NCBI GenBank assembly: GCA_027064305.1
Contig: JAMOPY010000031.1
Span: forward strand, 1-41,509
Length of the DNA stretch: 41,509 nucleotides
Direction of reading: 5' to 3'
Origin: Methanobacteriota archaeon
GTDB lineage: Archaea > JAADCQ01 > Methanopyri > Methanopyrales > Methanopyraceae
Shown: piece by piece, positions 1 through 10,420 of the stretch
Numbering within the stretch: the stretch's first letter is position 1
Layout of the letters: the number at the start of each line of letters is the position of its first letter
Translations under genes and position numbers: made by a program
The notes under the pieces: generated by a model
The model's database searches: none
The model's input: only the letters and a program-made list of their open reading frames with translations
What the model was told of the DNA's origin: nothing

Positions 1-26
1 CCGATACCGATCCTGGGGCTGATAGC

Positions 27-764
27 TTGCGCGGTGCCGCCGCTGCGGCGATCGTTGCGCTCCTGCTCGCGGCGCTGATCCCGGCCGAATCGCAGGTGCT
101 GCCCCCGCCCCCTCCCGCACCGCCGGCACCGAGCGCGGGCGAATCATCGGGCGGAGGTGGAGGCGGCGGTAAGGGCGGCGGCGCGGGTCACGCGGCGCCC
201 CCTCCAGCCTCACACCCCGCCCCGGCCCCTCCGAAGCAGGAGCACGGGTCGAAATCCTCGGGCCGGGGCGGGGGAGGACACGGTGGAGGGGGCGCCGCGC
301 ACGGCGGCTCCCACGGGAAGCACTCCGGTGGCGGCGGAGGCGGCGGTAAGGGCGGCGGTGGTCACGGTGGCGGTCACGGCCCGGGGTCGAGCGCCGGGGG
401 AGGCGGAGGTGGCGGCAAGTCCGCCGGTGGCGGTCACGGGGGCGCGTCCGGCGGCTCCGGTGGGAGCGCCGGAGGGATCCTGAGGACGCTGTTCGGTGGT
501 GGCGGCGGCAAGTCCGGTGGCGGCGGTAAGGGCGGCGGAGCGTCCGGCTCGGTGGGGCGCGCGATCAGTCACGCGGTGATCAAGGTGGTGTCGGGCGTGA
601 AGGAGGCGGGCAAGAAGGTGAGTGAGGCCGTGCGACGGGCGGTGCGCGGGCTGAGCCGGATCACGGGGGCGCGTCCGGGCACGGTGGGGTGGATCCTGGC
701 GGCCCTACTGTCGTCGGCCGCGCTGGGCTCCGGACTGTACGCGTGGTTCCGGCGGTACCGCTAA
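27..764 (+). CDS. Gly/Pro-rich low-complexity surface protein with signal peptide and C-terminal membrane anchor
   Basis: TTG start; N-terminal hydrophobic signal (AAAAAIVALLLAAL); repeated GGGGG-K-(G/S)GG blocks; C-terminal TM helix plus basic tail (WFRRYR). Confidence 0.75.
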   Translation: MRGAAAAAIVALLLAALIPAESQVLPPPPPAPPAPSAGESSGGGGGGGKGGGAGHAAPPPASHPAPAPPKQEHGSKSSGRGGGGHGGGGAAHGGSHGKHSGGGGGGGKGGGGHGGGHGPGSSAGGGGGGGKSAGGGHGGASGGSGGSAGGILRTLFGGGGGKSGGGGKGGGASGSVGRAISHAVIKVVSGVKEAGKKVSEAVRRAVRGLSRITGARPGTVGWILAALLSSAALGSGLYAWFRRYR

Positions 765-2053
765 TCGCCGGCGAGCTGCTCGGCGCACTCGCGGGCGTGC
801 TCCAGCACCTCCTCCTCGTCCACGGTCGTCACGCGCCCGTTCCTGACCACCGGCTCCCCGCCCACGAGCACGTGCTTGACGTCGGCCCCGGTCGCCGAGT
901 ACACGACGTTCGAGGTCGGGCTGTGGCACGGGTTCATCCTCGGTGAGCTTCCGTCCAGGATGACCAGGTCGGCGGCGTACCCCTCCTCGATCCTCCCGAT
1001 TTTTTCCAGCGAGTACACGCCCTCGGCCCGGCTCGTGGTCATTCTCAGGATCTCCCGGGCCCTCGTCGCGGTCGGGTCGCCGCGATCCACCTTGTGCAGC
1101 AGGGCGGCCAGCTTCATCTCCTCGAGCAGGTCCAGGTTGTTGTTGCTGGCGCATCCGTCGGTGCCGAGCGTGACGGTGGCGCCCCGCTCGAGCAGGTCCG
1201 GGACGGGGCTCACGCCCGAGGCGAGCTTCATGTTGCTGGCCGGGTTGTGGGAGACGATGACCCCGCGGCGGGCGAGCGTGTCGATCTCGTCGTCCGTGAG
1301 CCAGACGCAGTGGGCGGCGATGACGTCATCGCCCAGGAGCCCGAGCTCGTCGAGGTACTCGACGGGTCGGCGCCCCGTTTCCTTCTTCACCTGCCGGACC
1401 TCGTCCCGCGTCTCCGCGACGTGGATCTGAATCCTCACGCCCCACTCGTCCGCGAGTCGCCGGACCTCGCGCAGGAGCTCCTCGGAGCAGGTATAGGGCG
1501 CGTGCGGGCCCAGCGAGACCTCGATCAGGTCCTCCAGCCCGTGGCACTTGCGGTAGATTCGGCGCGTCTCCCGGAGCTCCTCCTCGCGCTTGTCCTCGTC
1601 GCCCAGGTCGATCATGCCGTGCGAGATGACGGCCCGGATGCCGGCCTCGGCGTACGCCTCCGCGACCGCGCCCATGTAGAAGTACATGTCCACGAGGCAG
1701 GTGGTGCCCGACCTCAGCGCCTCCACGGCGGCCAGGGCGGCCCCCCACCGGCACTTCTCCGCGTCCAGCCGCTCCTCCCGGGGCCAGATCTCCTCCTCCA
1801 GCCACCGCATGAGCGGGAGGTCGTCGGCGATCCCGCGGAGGAGGGTCATCGGGCCGTGCGTGTGCGTGTTGATCAGGCCGGGTAGGATCACGTCGCGCTC
1901 GTCGAGGGTGAGCTCGTCCTCCCAGTCCTCGGAGGCCTCCAGCTCCTTCCGGGTGCCCACGAACGCGAACCGGCCGTCCTCGATGAGCAGGCCCGCGTCC
2001 TCGATCGTCTCGTCCGGGGTCAGGAGCACGCCGCCCAGCACGGCCAGCCGCAT
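761..2053 (-). CDS. Amidohydrolase, MTA/SAH/5'-deoxyadenosine deaminase family (MtaD/DadD-like)
   Basis: PGLINTHTH, PHAPYTC, IHVAET, AAHCVW, HNPASNMKLASG and LGTDG..SNN motifs; start set at ATG 2053 (MRLAVLGG), because the longer ORF is a shadow of hisG. Confidence 0.9.
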   Translation of the reverse strand: MRLAVLGGVLLTPDETIEDAGLLIEDGRFAFVGTRKELEASEDWEDELTLDERDVILPGLINTHTHGPMTLLRGIADDLPLMRWLEEEIWPREERLDAEKCRWGAALAAVEALRSGTTCLVDMYFYMGAVAEAYAEAGIRAVISHGMIDLGDEDKREEELRETRRIYRKCHGLEDLIEVSLGPHAPYTCSEELLREVRRLADEWGVRIQIHVAETRDEVRQVKKETGRRPVEYLDELGLLGDDVIAAHCVWLTDDEIDTLARRGVIVSHNPASNMKLASGVSPVPDLLERGATVTLGTDGCASNNNLDLLEEMKLAALLHKVDRGDPTATRAREILRMTTSRAEGVYSLEKIGRIEEGYAADLVILDGSSPRMNPCHSPTSNVVYSATGADVKHVLVGGEPVVRNGRVTTVDEEEVLEHARECAEQLAGD

Positions 2054-2113
2054 GCGCGCCCGCCCCGGCGAGGTTAATAGCGGCGGGGGCCGCGGCCCCG
2101 CCGGGGTTCCCGG

Positions 2114-2968
2114 ATGATAACCGTAGCGGTGCCGAACAAGGGGCGCCTGCACGAGCCGGCGCTGAACCTCCTGGAGCGGGCGGGGATCCGGGTCGAGGAG
2201 CCGATCGGCCGGCGGTTGAAGGCCGAGACCAGCGACCCCGAGGTCGAGGTCATGTTCGTCCGGGCGGCCGACATCCCGCGGCTGGTGGAGGAGGGCGCGG
2301 CGGAGCTGGGGATCACCGGTCACGACCTGGTCGTGGAGTCCGGGGCCGAGGTCGAGGAGCTGCTGGACCTGCGGTTCGGTCGGGCCAGGATGGTGCTGGC
2401 GGTCCCGGAGGAGTCCGACGTGGAGCGGCCGGAGGACCTGGAGGGGTGCACCGTCGCCACGGAGTTCCCGAACATCGCGCACCGGTACTTCGAGGAGGAG
2501 GTGGGCGTGGAGGTGGAGGTGGTCGAGGTGACGGGGGCCACGGAGGTCATGCCGCGGATCGGGGTGGCGGACGCGATCGTCGACCTGAGCAGCACGGGCA
2601 CGACGCTGCGCGTGAACCGGCTGCGCGTGGTGGACGAGATCCTGCGCACGTCCGCCCGGCTCGTCGCGCACCCGGACGCGGTGGAGGACGAGACGGTGCA
2701 GCGGATTCGGCTCTCGCTGGAGGGCGTGCTCAACGCGGAGGGCAAGAAGCTGATCATGATGAACGTGCCGCGGGACCGGCTGGACGAGTTCCGGGAGCTC
2801 CTTCCCGGCGTGACCGGACCCACCGTCTCGGAGCTGCTGAGCCGGGAGGACATGGTCGAGCTGTACGCGGTGGTGGACGAGGAGGAGGTCTCGAACGTCA
2901 TCCTCGAGGCGAAGCGGCTGGGGGCGGAGGGGATCCTGGTCCTGCCCATCGAGCGGATGATCCCGTAA
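2114..2968 (+). CDS. hisG: ATP phosphoribosyltransferase (long form)
   Basis: AVPNKGRL, RAADIP, GITGHDL, ATEFPN, DLSSTGTTL motifs and C-terminal LPGVTGPTVS regulatory domain. Confidence 0.97.
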   Translation: MITVAVPNKGRLHEPALNLLERAGIRVEEPIGRRLKAETSDPEVEVMFVRAADIPRLVEEGAAELGITGHDLVVESGAEVEELLDLRFGRARMVLAVPEESDVERPEDLEGCTVATEFPNIAHRYFEEEVGVEVEVVEVTGATEVMPRIGVADAIVDLSSTGTTLRVNRLRVVDEILRTSARLVAHPDAVEDETVQRIRLSLEGVLNAEGKKLIMMNVPRDRLDEFRELLPGVTGPTVSELLSREDMVELYAVVDEEEVSNVILEAKRLGAEGILVLPIERMIP

Positions 2969-3694
2969 TCACCGCTCTATCAGCTCCAGCAGCGCCGTCG
3001 GGTCGATGTGCCCCCGGTACAGGGCCGTGCCGAGCACCACCCCGTGCGCCCCGGCCTCCCGGACCGTCTTCACGTCCTCGATCGTGGACACGCCCCCCGA
3101 GTAGAGCACGGGGCGCTCCGTGAGCTCCGTGACCTTCCGCACCAGCCCCTCGTCGATCCCGCGCTCCCGACCCTCCCGGTGCACGGCCGTGACCAGGAAC
3201 CCGTCCACCCGCCCCTCGAACCGCTCGACGGCCTCCTCCAGGCCGACCCCGGTCTCCTCCTTCCAGCCCCGGACGAGCACCTGGTGCTCCTCGTTCACGT
3301 CCAGCGCTACGAACGCCTCGACCCCGTGCTCGCGGCACACGTCCAGGATCTCCTCGAACTCCTCCTCGTCGGTGAAGGCCACGGTGCCCAGGATCAGCCG
3401 GTCGGCCCCCAGCCCGGCGAGCTCCTCGGCGCGCTCGGCGGACCGGATCCCTCCCCCGACCTGCACCCCGGCATCGACCTCCTCGCAGATCCTCCCGATG
3501 ACCTCCGAGTTGTCCCCCTCACCCCGCGCCGCGTCGATGTCGACCACGTGGATCCAGGGGAAGAACTCGGCCCACTGGCGCGCGGTCTCCACGGGATCGT
3601 CCGACTCGAACTTGACCCTGCTCGGGTCACCGCCCTCCAGCTGGACGCACTTGCCCCCTAACACGTCGACGGAGGGGATCACGACGAAGGTCAC
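2969..3694 (-). CDS. hisA: ProFAR isomerase
   Basis: IPSVDVLGGKCVQL, HVVDIDAA, QVGGGIRS, SGGVST and GTALY motifs. Confidence 0.9.
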   Translation of the reverse strand: MTFVVIPSVDVLGGKCVQLEGGDPSRVKFESDDPVETARQWAEFFPWIHVVDIDAARGEGDNSEVIGRICEEVDAGVQVGGGIRSAERAEELAGLGADRLILGTVAFTDEEEFEEILDVCREHGVEAFVALDVNEEHQVLVRGWKEETGVGLEEAVERFEGRVDGFLVTAVHREGRERGIDEGLVRKVTELTERPVLYSGGVSTIEDVKTVREAGAHGVVLGTALYRGHIDPTALLELIER

Positions 3695-3706
3695 GGGTCC
3701 GCCCCC

Positions 3707-4651
3707 TCACTCGAACTCGATCGTCGCGGGCGGCTTGGGCGTGAGGTCGAACAGCACCCGGGTCACGTCGGGCACCTCGCTCGTGATCCGATCCTGGATC
3801 CGCCGGAGCACCTCCCACGGGACCTCCGGCACGTCCGCGATCATGGCGTCGATCGACTCGACGATCCGCACCGCGACCACCCATCCGTAGTCCCGCTGGT
3901 CCCCCTTCACCCCCGTCGCCTTGCAGTCCAGGAGCGCGGCGAACGCCTGCCAGGGCCGCTCCATCTTCCCCTCCTCCACCGCCCGCTCCACCTCCTCCTC
4001 CACGATCGCGTTCGCCTCCCGCACGATCTCCACCTTCTCCGGCGTGACCTCACCCAGCACCCGCACCGCCAGGCCCGGACCCGGGAAGGGCATCCGCTCC
4101 ACGATCTCCTCCGGGATCCCCAGGTACCGGGCCACCTCCCGCACCTCGTCCTTGTACAGGTCTCGCAGCGGTTCCACCACGTCCAGCTCCAGCCGCTCGG
4201 GCAGCCCGCCCACGTTGTGGTGCGACTTGATCCCCCGCTCCGACTCGATCACGTCCGGGGCGATGGTCCCCTGCACCAGGACCTCCGCCCCCTCCTCCCG
4301 CGCGACCCGCTCGAACACCTCGATGAACTTCTCACCGATGATCCGCCGCTTCTCCTCCGGGTCCGTGACCCCGCGCAGCGCCTCGAAGAACTCGTCCGCC
4401 GCCTCCACGAACCGAAGGTTCAGCCCCAGCTCCTCCTCGAGCACCCGACGCACCCGCTCCGGCTCACCCTTCCTCATGAACCCGTGGTCCACGAACACGC
4501 ACACCAGGTTCTCGCCGACCGCCCGGTGGGCCAGCACCGCGGCCGTGGTGCTGTCCACGCCCCCGGAGACCGCGATGATGGCCTTTCGGTCCCCGATCTC
4601 CCTCCGCAGCCGCTCCACGGCCTCCTCCACAAACTCCTTCGGGTCGAACAT
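3707..4651 (-). CDS. guaAB: GMP synthase subunit B (ATP pyrophosphatase domain)
   Basis: SGGVDS PP-loop, [28 protein letters not shown] and KPPATIEFE motifs; start at MFDPKEF. Confidence 0.96.
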   Translation of the reverse strand: MFDPKEFVEEAVERLRREIGDRKAIIAVSGGVDSTTAAVLAHRAVGENLVCVFVDHGFMRKGEPERVRRVLEEELGLNLRFVEAADEFFEALRGVTDPEEKRRIIGEKFIEVFERVAREEGAEVLVQGTIAPDVIESERGIKSHHNVGGLPERLELDVVEPLRDLYKDEVREVARYLGIPEEIVERMPFPGPGLAVRVLGEVTPEKVEIVREANAIVEEEVERAVEEGKMERPWQAFAALLDCKATGVKGDQRDYGWVVAVRIVESIDAMIADVPEVPWEVLRRIQDRITSEVPDVTRVLFDLTPKPPATIEFE

Positions 4652-4673
4652 CGACCGTCCCCCCGGGGCGTCC

Positions 4674-6145
<1,472 letters not shown>

Positions 6146-6149
6146 GGCC

Positions 6150-7061
6150 ATGGCCTGGACGCGGAGGGTCCTGGAGGACTGCCTCGGGGTGGGGAGGGAC
6201 GAGCGGCTGCTGGTGCTGACGGACCCGGGGATGGAGGGGCTGGCCCGGGAGCTGTTCGAGGCGGCGCGGTGCGACAGCTCGCTGATGGTCGTCGAGCCCC
6301 GGGAGCGGCACGGGGAGGAACCGCCCGAGCCCGCCGCGGCGGCCATGCGGGCGGCGGACGCGGTCGTCGCGCTCACCTCGTGGTCGATCTCGCACACGCG
6401 GGCGCGGGAGCGGGCGTGCCGGGCCGGGGCCCGGGTGGCCTCGATGCCCGGGGCGACCCGGGAGACGCTGGAGCGGGCCGTGGACGTGGACTACGGGGAC
6501 CTGCGGCGGCGGGCGCGCGAGCTCGCGGAGCGGCTCACCGAGGCCGAGGAGGCCGTGCTGATCACCGGAGACGGGGCCCGGCTGCGCCTGGACCTGTCCG
6601 GCCGGGAGGGGATCCCGGACGACGGGGACCTGCGCGAGCCGGGATCCTTCGGGAACCTGCCGGCGGGCGAGGCCTTCATCGCCCCGGTCGAGGGCTCGGC
6701 CGAGGGCGAGCTCGTGATCGACGGGAGCGTGGCCCCGGACGGGCGCCTGGACGGGCCCCTCCGGCTCCGGATCCGGGAGGGGAGGATCGTCGACGCCGAC
6801 GGTCCCGGGGACCTGGAGTTCCTGCGGCTGGTCAGGGAGGCCGAGGGCGGGGACGTGGTCTGCGAGCTGGGCGTCGGGGTGAATCCCGGCGCCAAACTGT
6901 GTGGAAACCCGTTAGAGGACGAAAAAGCTTTAGGAACCGTGCACGTGGGCTTCGGCGACAACAGCACGTTCGGTGGCGAGAACGCGTCCGAGGTGCACCT
7001 GGACGCGGTGATCGTGCGTCACCGGCTGTACCTGGACGGGGAGAGGGTCTCGCCCCCGTGA
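6150..7061 (+). CDS. Aminopeptidase T / M29-like metallopeptidase
   Basis: SISHT.AR, GNLPAGE, ELGVGVNP, EDEKALGTVHVGFGDN and HLD motifs. Confidence 0.85.
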   Translation: MAWTRRVLEDCLGVGRDERLLVLTDPGMEGLARELFEAARCDSSLMVVEPRERHGEEPPEPAAAAMRAADAVVALTSWSISHTRARERACRAGARVASMPGATRETLERAVDVDYGDLRRRARELAERLTEAEEAVLITGDGARLRLDLSGREGIPDDGDLREPGSFGNLPAGEAFIAPVEGSAEGELVIDGSVAPDGRLDGPLRLRIREGRIVDADGPGDLEFLRLVREAEGGDVVCELGVGVNPGAKLCGNPLEDEKALGTVHVGFGDNSTFGGENASEVHLDAVIVRHRLYLDGERVSPP

Positions 7062-7077
7062 CGGGGGTCGTCCGGGC

Positions 7078-7380
7078 TTGGACCGGGAGGAGCTGCGCCG
7101 CCTGCTCGAGCTCGACACGTACCTCTCCCTGGCCTCCGAGCGGGACGACCTCGACGTGCTGGAGGTGCTGGAGGAGACCATGCTGCTCCTGGACGAGTTC
7201 GCGGAGCGCCTGAAGGAGGTGGACGTGGACGAGAAAACCCCGCTGATCGTGGACGAGCCCCGGGAGTTCCGGGAGGACGAGCCGGAGCGCGACCCGGAGT
7301 ACCGCGAGAAGATGCTCGAGAACGCGCCCAAGTCCGAGGACGGGTACGTCGTCGCCGAGCGCGCGCACTGGCTTCGGTAG
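7078..7380 (+). CDS. gatC: Asp/Glu-tRNA amidotransferase subunit C
   Basis: Size and C-terminal FREDEP...MLENAPKSEDGYVV pattern typical of GatC. Confidence 0.75.
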   Translation: MDREELRRLLELDTYLSLASERDDLDVLEVLEETMLLLDEFAERLKEVDVDEKTPLIVDEPREFREDEPERDPEYREKMLENAPKSEDGYVVAERAHWLR

Positions 7381-7390
7381 GGGCCGCCCC

Positions 7391-8539
7391 GTGCCCACCG
7401 TCGTCCCCATCGACGAGTTCTGGGACCTGACCGAGGGCGAGCGCCGCGAGGTGGACGCCGTCACCTGCGCCACCGTCGGCCTCATGAGCGGGGTCTACGG
7501 GATCCTCTCCTTCCGCGTGACCGACCCGGGCGAGGTCCGCCGGTTCCGGGAGGTCGAGCTCGAGGGGATCCGCGTTCCCGTCGGTCCCTGCCCCAACGAG
7601 CGCCTGGGACTGGTCGAGTGCCTGGTCCCCGCGACCCTGCGGGGCAGGATCTCCGGGGCCGAGCTCCTCCGACGGATCGCGGCCGGCCGGGAGTTCCACG
7701 CGGTGGCCGTGGCGGACGACGGGACCGAGCACGAGGTCACCGTCGGTCCCGAGGACCTCGACCGCGCGCTCCTGGCCTCCACCCGCACCTGCTTCCGCAA
7801 CTACACGGCCTTCATCCACGACGGCCCCGAGCCCGAGCGGACCATCTTCGCCCCGAGGCCCCTGCGCCCCGGGGAGGCCGCGTTCAGCGGGTGCGGGGGC
7901 TACAACCCGCTGGAGCACGACCCCCGCCTCCGGCTGCACCGACCGGGCCGACGCGTACTCTTCTGCGGCGCCCCCGCCGTGATCACCGGGACCGGGACCC
8001 GAAGCACCCCCGACCGCCCCAACCTGACCCTCCACGCGGACCTTCGCGAGTGCGACCCGCGGTTCATGGGCGAGTACCGGACGGCGGCCGGGCCGGAGAA
8101 CATCGCGGGCGTGGCCTCGGCGATCGCGGTCACGGAGGAGACGCTCGAGTGGCTGGACCGCCGGCACGAGGACGCGGAGCTCCCCGTGGTCCGCCTCTCG
8201 GACCGCCGCCCCGTGGGCTCGGCCCGGTACTCGGACGTCTGGGTGCAGGAGCGGGTGGAGTGGGACCCGTCCCGGTGCGAGAACTGCGACCCGTGCGCCC
8301 TGGAGGAGCGCTGCCCTTACCCGTACTCGGACGTGCGGTCCGGGGACTGCTTCCACTGCGGGTACTGCGCGGAGTTCTGCCCCGCGGTCCGGGTCCGGAG
8401 GGGCGAGCTCGAGGTGGGCGGGGAGCGGTACCGGGTCGTGGCCCGGGAGTCCTCCGCCCACCTGGCCCGGGAGCTCATGCGGGAGGCCGCCGCGGCCGCC
8501 GAGGAGGGGCGAATAGACCTTTTAACGCCCGGCCGATGA
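7391..8539 (+). CDS. Methanogenesis marker 16 metalloprotein (COG1900/DUF39 family with C-terminal ferredoxin-like domain)
   Basis: VDAVTCAT.GLMSG, GPCPNERLG, SGCG.YNPL and GTGTRS motifs; CxxCxxC and CFHCGYCxxxCP clusters. Confidence 0.88.
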   Translation: MPTVVPIDEFWDLTEGERREVDAVTCATVGLMSGVYGILSFRVTDPGEVRRFREVELEGIRVPVGPCPNERLGLVECLVPATLRGRISGAELLRRIAAGREFHAVAVADDGTEHEVTVGPEDLDRALLASTRTCFRNYTAFIHDGPEPERTIFAPRPLRPGEAAFSGCGGYNPLEHDPRLRLHRPGRRVLFCGAPAVITGTGTRSTPDRPNLTLHADLRECDPRFMGEYRTAAGPENIAGVASAIAVTEETLEWLDRRHEDAELPVVRLSDRRPVGSARYSDVWVQERVEWDPSRCENCDPCALEERCPYPYSDVRSGDCFHCGYCAEFCPAVRVRRGELEVGGERYRVVARESSAHLARELMREAAAAAEEGRIDLLTPGR

Positions 8540-8590
8540 GGACTCTTGCCCGGCCCTGAGCGGTGAAGAGTGCGGCGCCGACCGAGGCCG
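8530..8590 (+). ncRNA. Candidate box C/D guide sRNA
   Basis: CGATGA (C), guide, CTGA (D'), GTGAAGA (C'), guide, CCGA (D), closed by terminal stem cggcc/ggccg. Confidence 0.7.
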
Positions 8591-8603
8591 TCACGCTCAC
8601 CAC

Positions 8604-8735
8604 CCGGGGGACGGGCGCGAGCCGGCGACCGCCGCCGATGAGCGCCCGGTACGGCGCCCCGGCACAGCCCCGGCGGGCCCCCTCGACGCCGCGCCGCGTC
8701 GGGATGAGAGGGGGTCCCACGGACCGGGGACACCG
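8604..8735 (+). ncRNA. Candidate two-hairpin H/ACA guide RNA
   Basis: Two hairpins (basal stems ccgggg/ccccgg and ccccgg/ccgggg), each with a GA...GATGA K-turn-like motif and an ACA box (8664-8666, 8730-8732). Confidence 0.65.
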
Positions 8736-8835
8736 GTTCTTTCACGACGAAAACACCGCGGTCAATTCCCATAAACGACCGATCGACTGTTCCCGACTGA
8801 CCGACAATCACGAACAATCGCGGGGGAGGACCCGG

Positions 8836-9471
8836 GTGAAGCCCGACCGGACGGTGGACGCCCGCGGCGCCGCCTGCCCCGGCCCCGCCGTGATGGTCGC
8901 CCAGGAGCTGGACGAGATGGAACCGGGCCAGGTGCTCGAGGCGCTGGTGGACTCGAAGAGCGTCGCGGAGGACGTGGCCGAGACCGCGCGCGAGAAGGGT
9001 CACGAGGTCCTGAGCGTGGAGGAGTCCGACGACGGCGTGCGCCTCCTGATCCGGGTGTCCGGGGAGGAGTCCGAGGGGGAGGAAGCGCCCGCCCAACCGG
9101 CCCGGATCGACACCGTCATGATCGTCCAGAGCACCGGGACCGCCAACCCGGAGCGGGCGTACGCCACGTTCCTGATCCCCGAGGCCGCGCTCGCCATGGA
9201 CCTCAACGTGATCATCTTCGGGATCATGGACGGGGTCACGGTGCTCGTCGAACGGGAGGCGGAGAGGGTGCGCCACCCGGAGTTCCCGCCCCTGATCGAG
9301 AAGGCGGCCGAGCTCCTGGACCGGGAGAGCGTCGAGGCTTACGCCTGCGAGCTGAGCCTGGAGGCGCGCGGGATCGACCCGGAGGATCTCATGGACGGGG
9401 TGCGAGTGGCCGGGGCTCCCAAGTTCCTGAGCCTCATCACCGACCCGGGTGTGAGGCCGGTTTGGCTATGA
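8836..9471 (+). CDS. TusA/SirA-DsrE fusion sulfur-carrier protein
   Basis: N-terminal VDARGAACPGP (TusA CPxP); C-terminal DsrE-like DGV...YACELSLEARGI; GGAGGA RBS before GTG 8836. Confidence 0.85.
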   Translation: MKPDRTVDARGAACPGPAVMVAQELDEMEPGQVLEALVDSKSVAEDVAETAREKGHEVLSVEESDDGVRLLIRVSGEESEGEEAPAQPARIDTVMIVQSTGTANPERAYATFLIPEAALAMDLNVIIFGIMDGVTVLVEREAERVRHPEFPPLIEKAAELLDRESVEAYACELSLEARGIDPEDLMDGVRVAGAPKFLSLITDPGVRPVWL

Positions 9472-9785
9472 TCCACGCCGTCATCGCCGGGCTCTCGGCG
9501 GGCGTGGCGCTGGAGTTCGCCCTCCCGGCGATGGTCCGCCGATGCCCGTGGATGTGGCTCTCCGTCGCCGCCGGCGCGGCCGCCACCCTCCTTTGCCCGC
9601 TGCACGCGGTGCGACCGGAGCTCGGGACCGCGGGGGCCGCGGCCGGGCTGCTCACGGGGGTCTCGGCGCTGGCGGTCCGGGTGAGCGAGCTGAGGTCCGG
9701 ACAGCTGGGGTCCCTGGGGTTCTCCCTCCGCGGGGTCGCCCCGTACACGCTGCTCATCTCCCTCGGCACCTACGCCCTCCTCTAG
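9468..9785 (+). CDS. Small multi-pass membrane protein
   Basis: ATGA overlap with the upstream stop; about 4 hydrophobic segments. Confidence 0.65.
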   Translation: MIHAVIAGLSAGVALEFALPAMVRRCPWMWLSVAAGAAATLLCPLHAVRPELGTAGAAAGLLTGVSALAVRVSELRSGQLGSLGFSLRGVAPYTLLISLGTYALL

Positions 9786-9833
9786 CGCCCAACCTACTTA
9801 CCCGAGCCGGCCGACGGGTCGAGCGGGGCCGGG

Positions 9834-10388
9834 GTGAGCTACTACCGGGAGCTCGCCCGGAGCCTGGTGCGCGAGGCGTCCTGGGCCGCGTTCCAGGGCA
9901 CCGTTCGGGTGATCCGGGGCCGGGTGCTCGCGTACGTGCACGTGACGCGCTCCGGGGCCCGGGTCGTCGTCCCGTCCCGGTTCAGCCCGGGCCTGCGGCG
10001 GGAGCTGCGGCGCGAGGTGTCGGACCGCGTGGCCTCCGAGGGCCCGCTCCGGCTGTACCGCCGCCTGGTCACCCGGCACCTGAGCCGCGCGGTCTCCCTG
10101 CTGCGGGGCGCTCGGTCGCTCGGTCACGTGGCGCGCGGGCCGCGGCTGCTGGCGAGCGTGAGGCTGCGCGGTGACTCGCTGCTGGTCTCGGTGCTGGGCG
10201 CGGACCGGGCCCCCTTCTCCCTGACGCTCGAGTTCCCGCTCCCCTCCCGCCTGGTGTGGGTGCTGGACGCCCCGGACGGGGAGCCGCTCCTGACCCTGTC
10301 GGGGCGGGCGGCGAGGGACGCGCACCGGCTGCTGGAGGGGCTGGCCCGGGCCGGCGTGCGGCCCCGACCCGCGTCGAGCCGCTTTTAG
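9834..10388 (+). CDS. Hypothetical basic protein
   Basis: GTG-start ORF with typical codon usage, filling the gap before hmgA. Confidence 0.6.
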   Translation: MSYYRELARSLVREASWAAFQGTVRVIRGRVLAYVHVTRSGARVVVPSRFSPGLRRELRREVSDRVASEGPLRLYRRLVTRHLSRAVSLLRGARSLGHVARGPRLLASVRLRGDSLLVSVLGADRAPFSLTLEFPLPSRLVWVLDAPDGEPLLTLSGRAARDAHRLLEGLARAGVRPRPASSRF

Positions 10389-10420
10389 CCCGGGCGGGGA
10401 CCGTACCGCGGGGGCTGCGC

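Noticed and set aside
8563-8835. N-terminal extension of the TusA-DsrE ORF
   Set aside because: The region is better explained by guide RNAs and a promoter; an RBS supports GTG 8836
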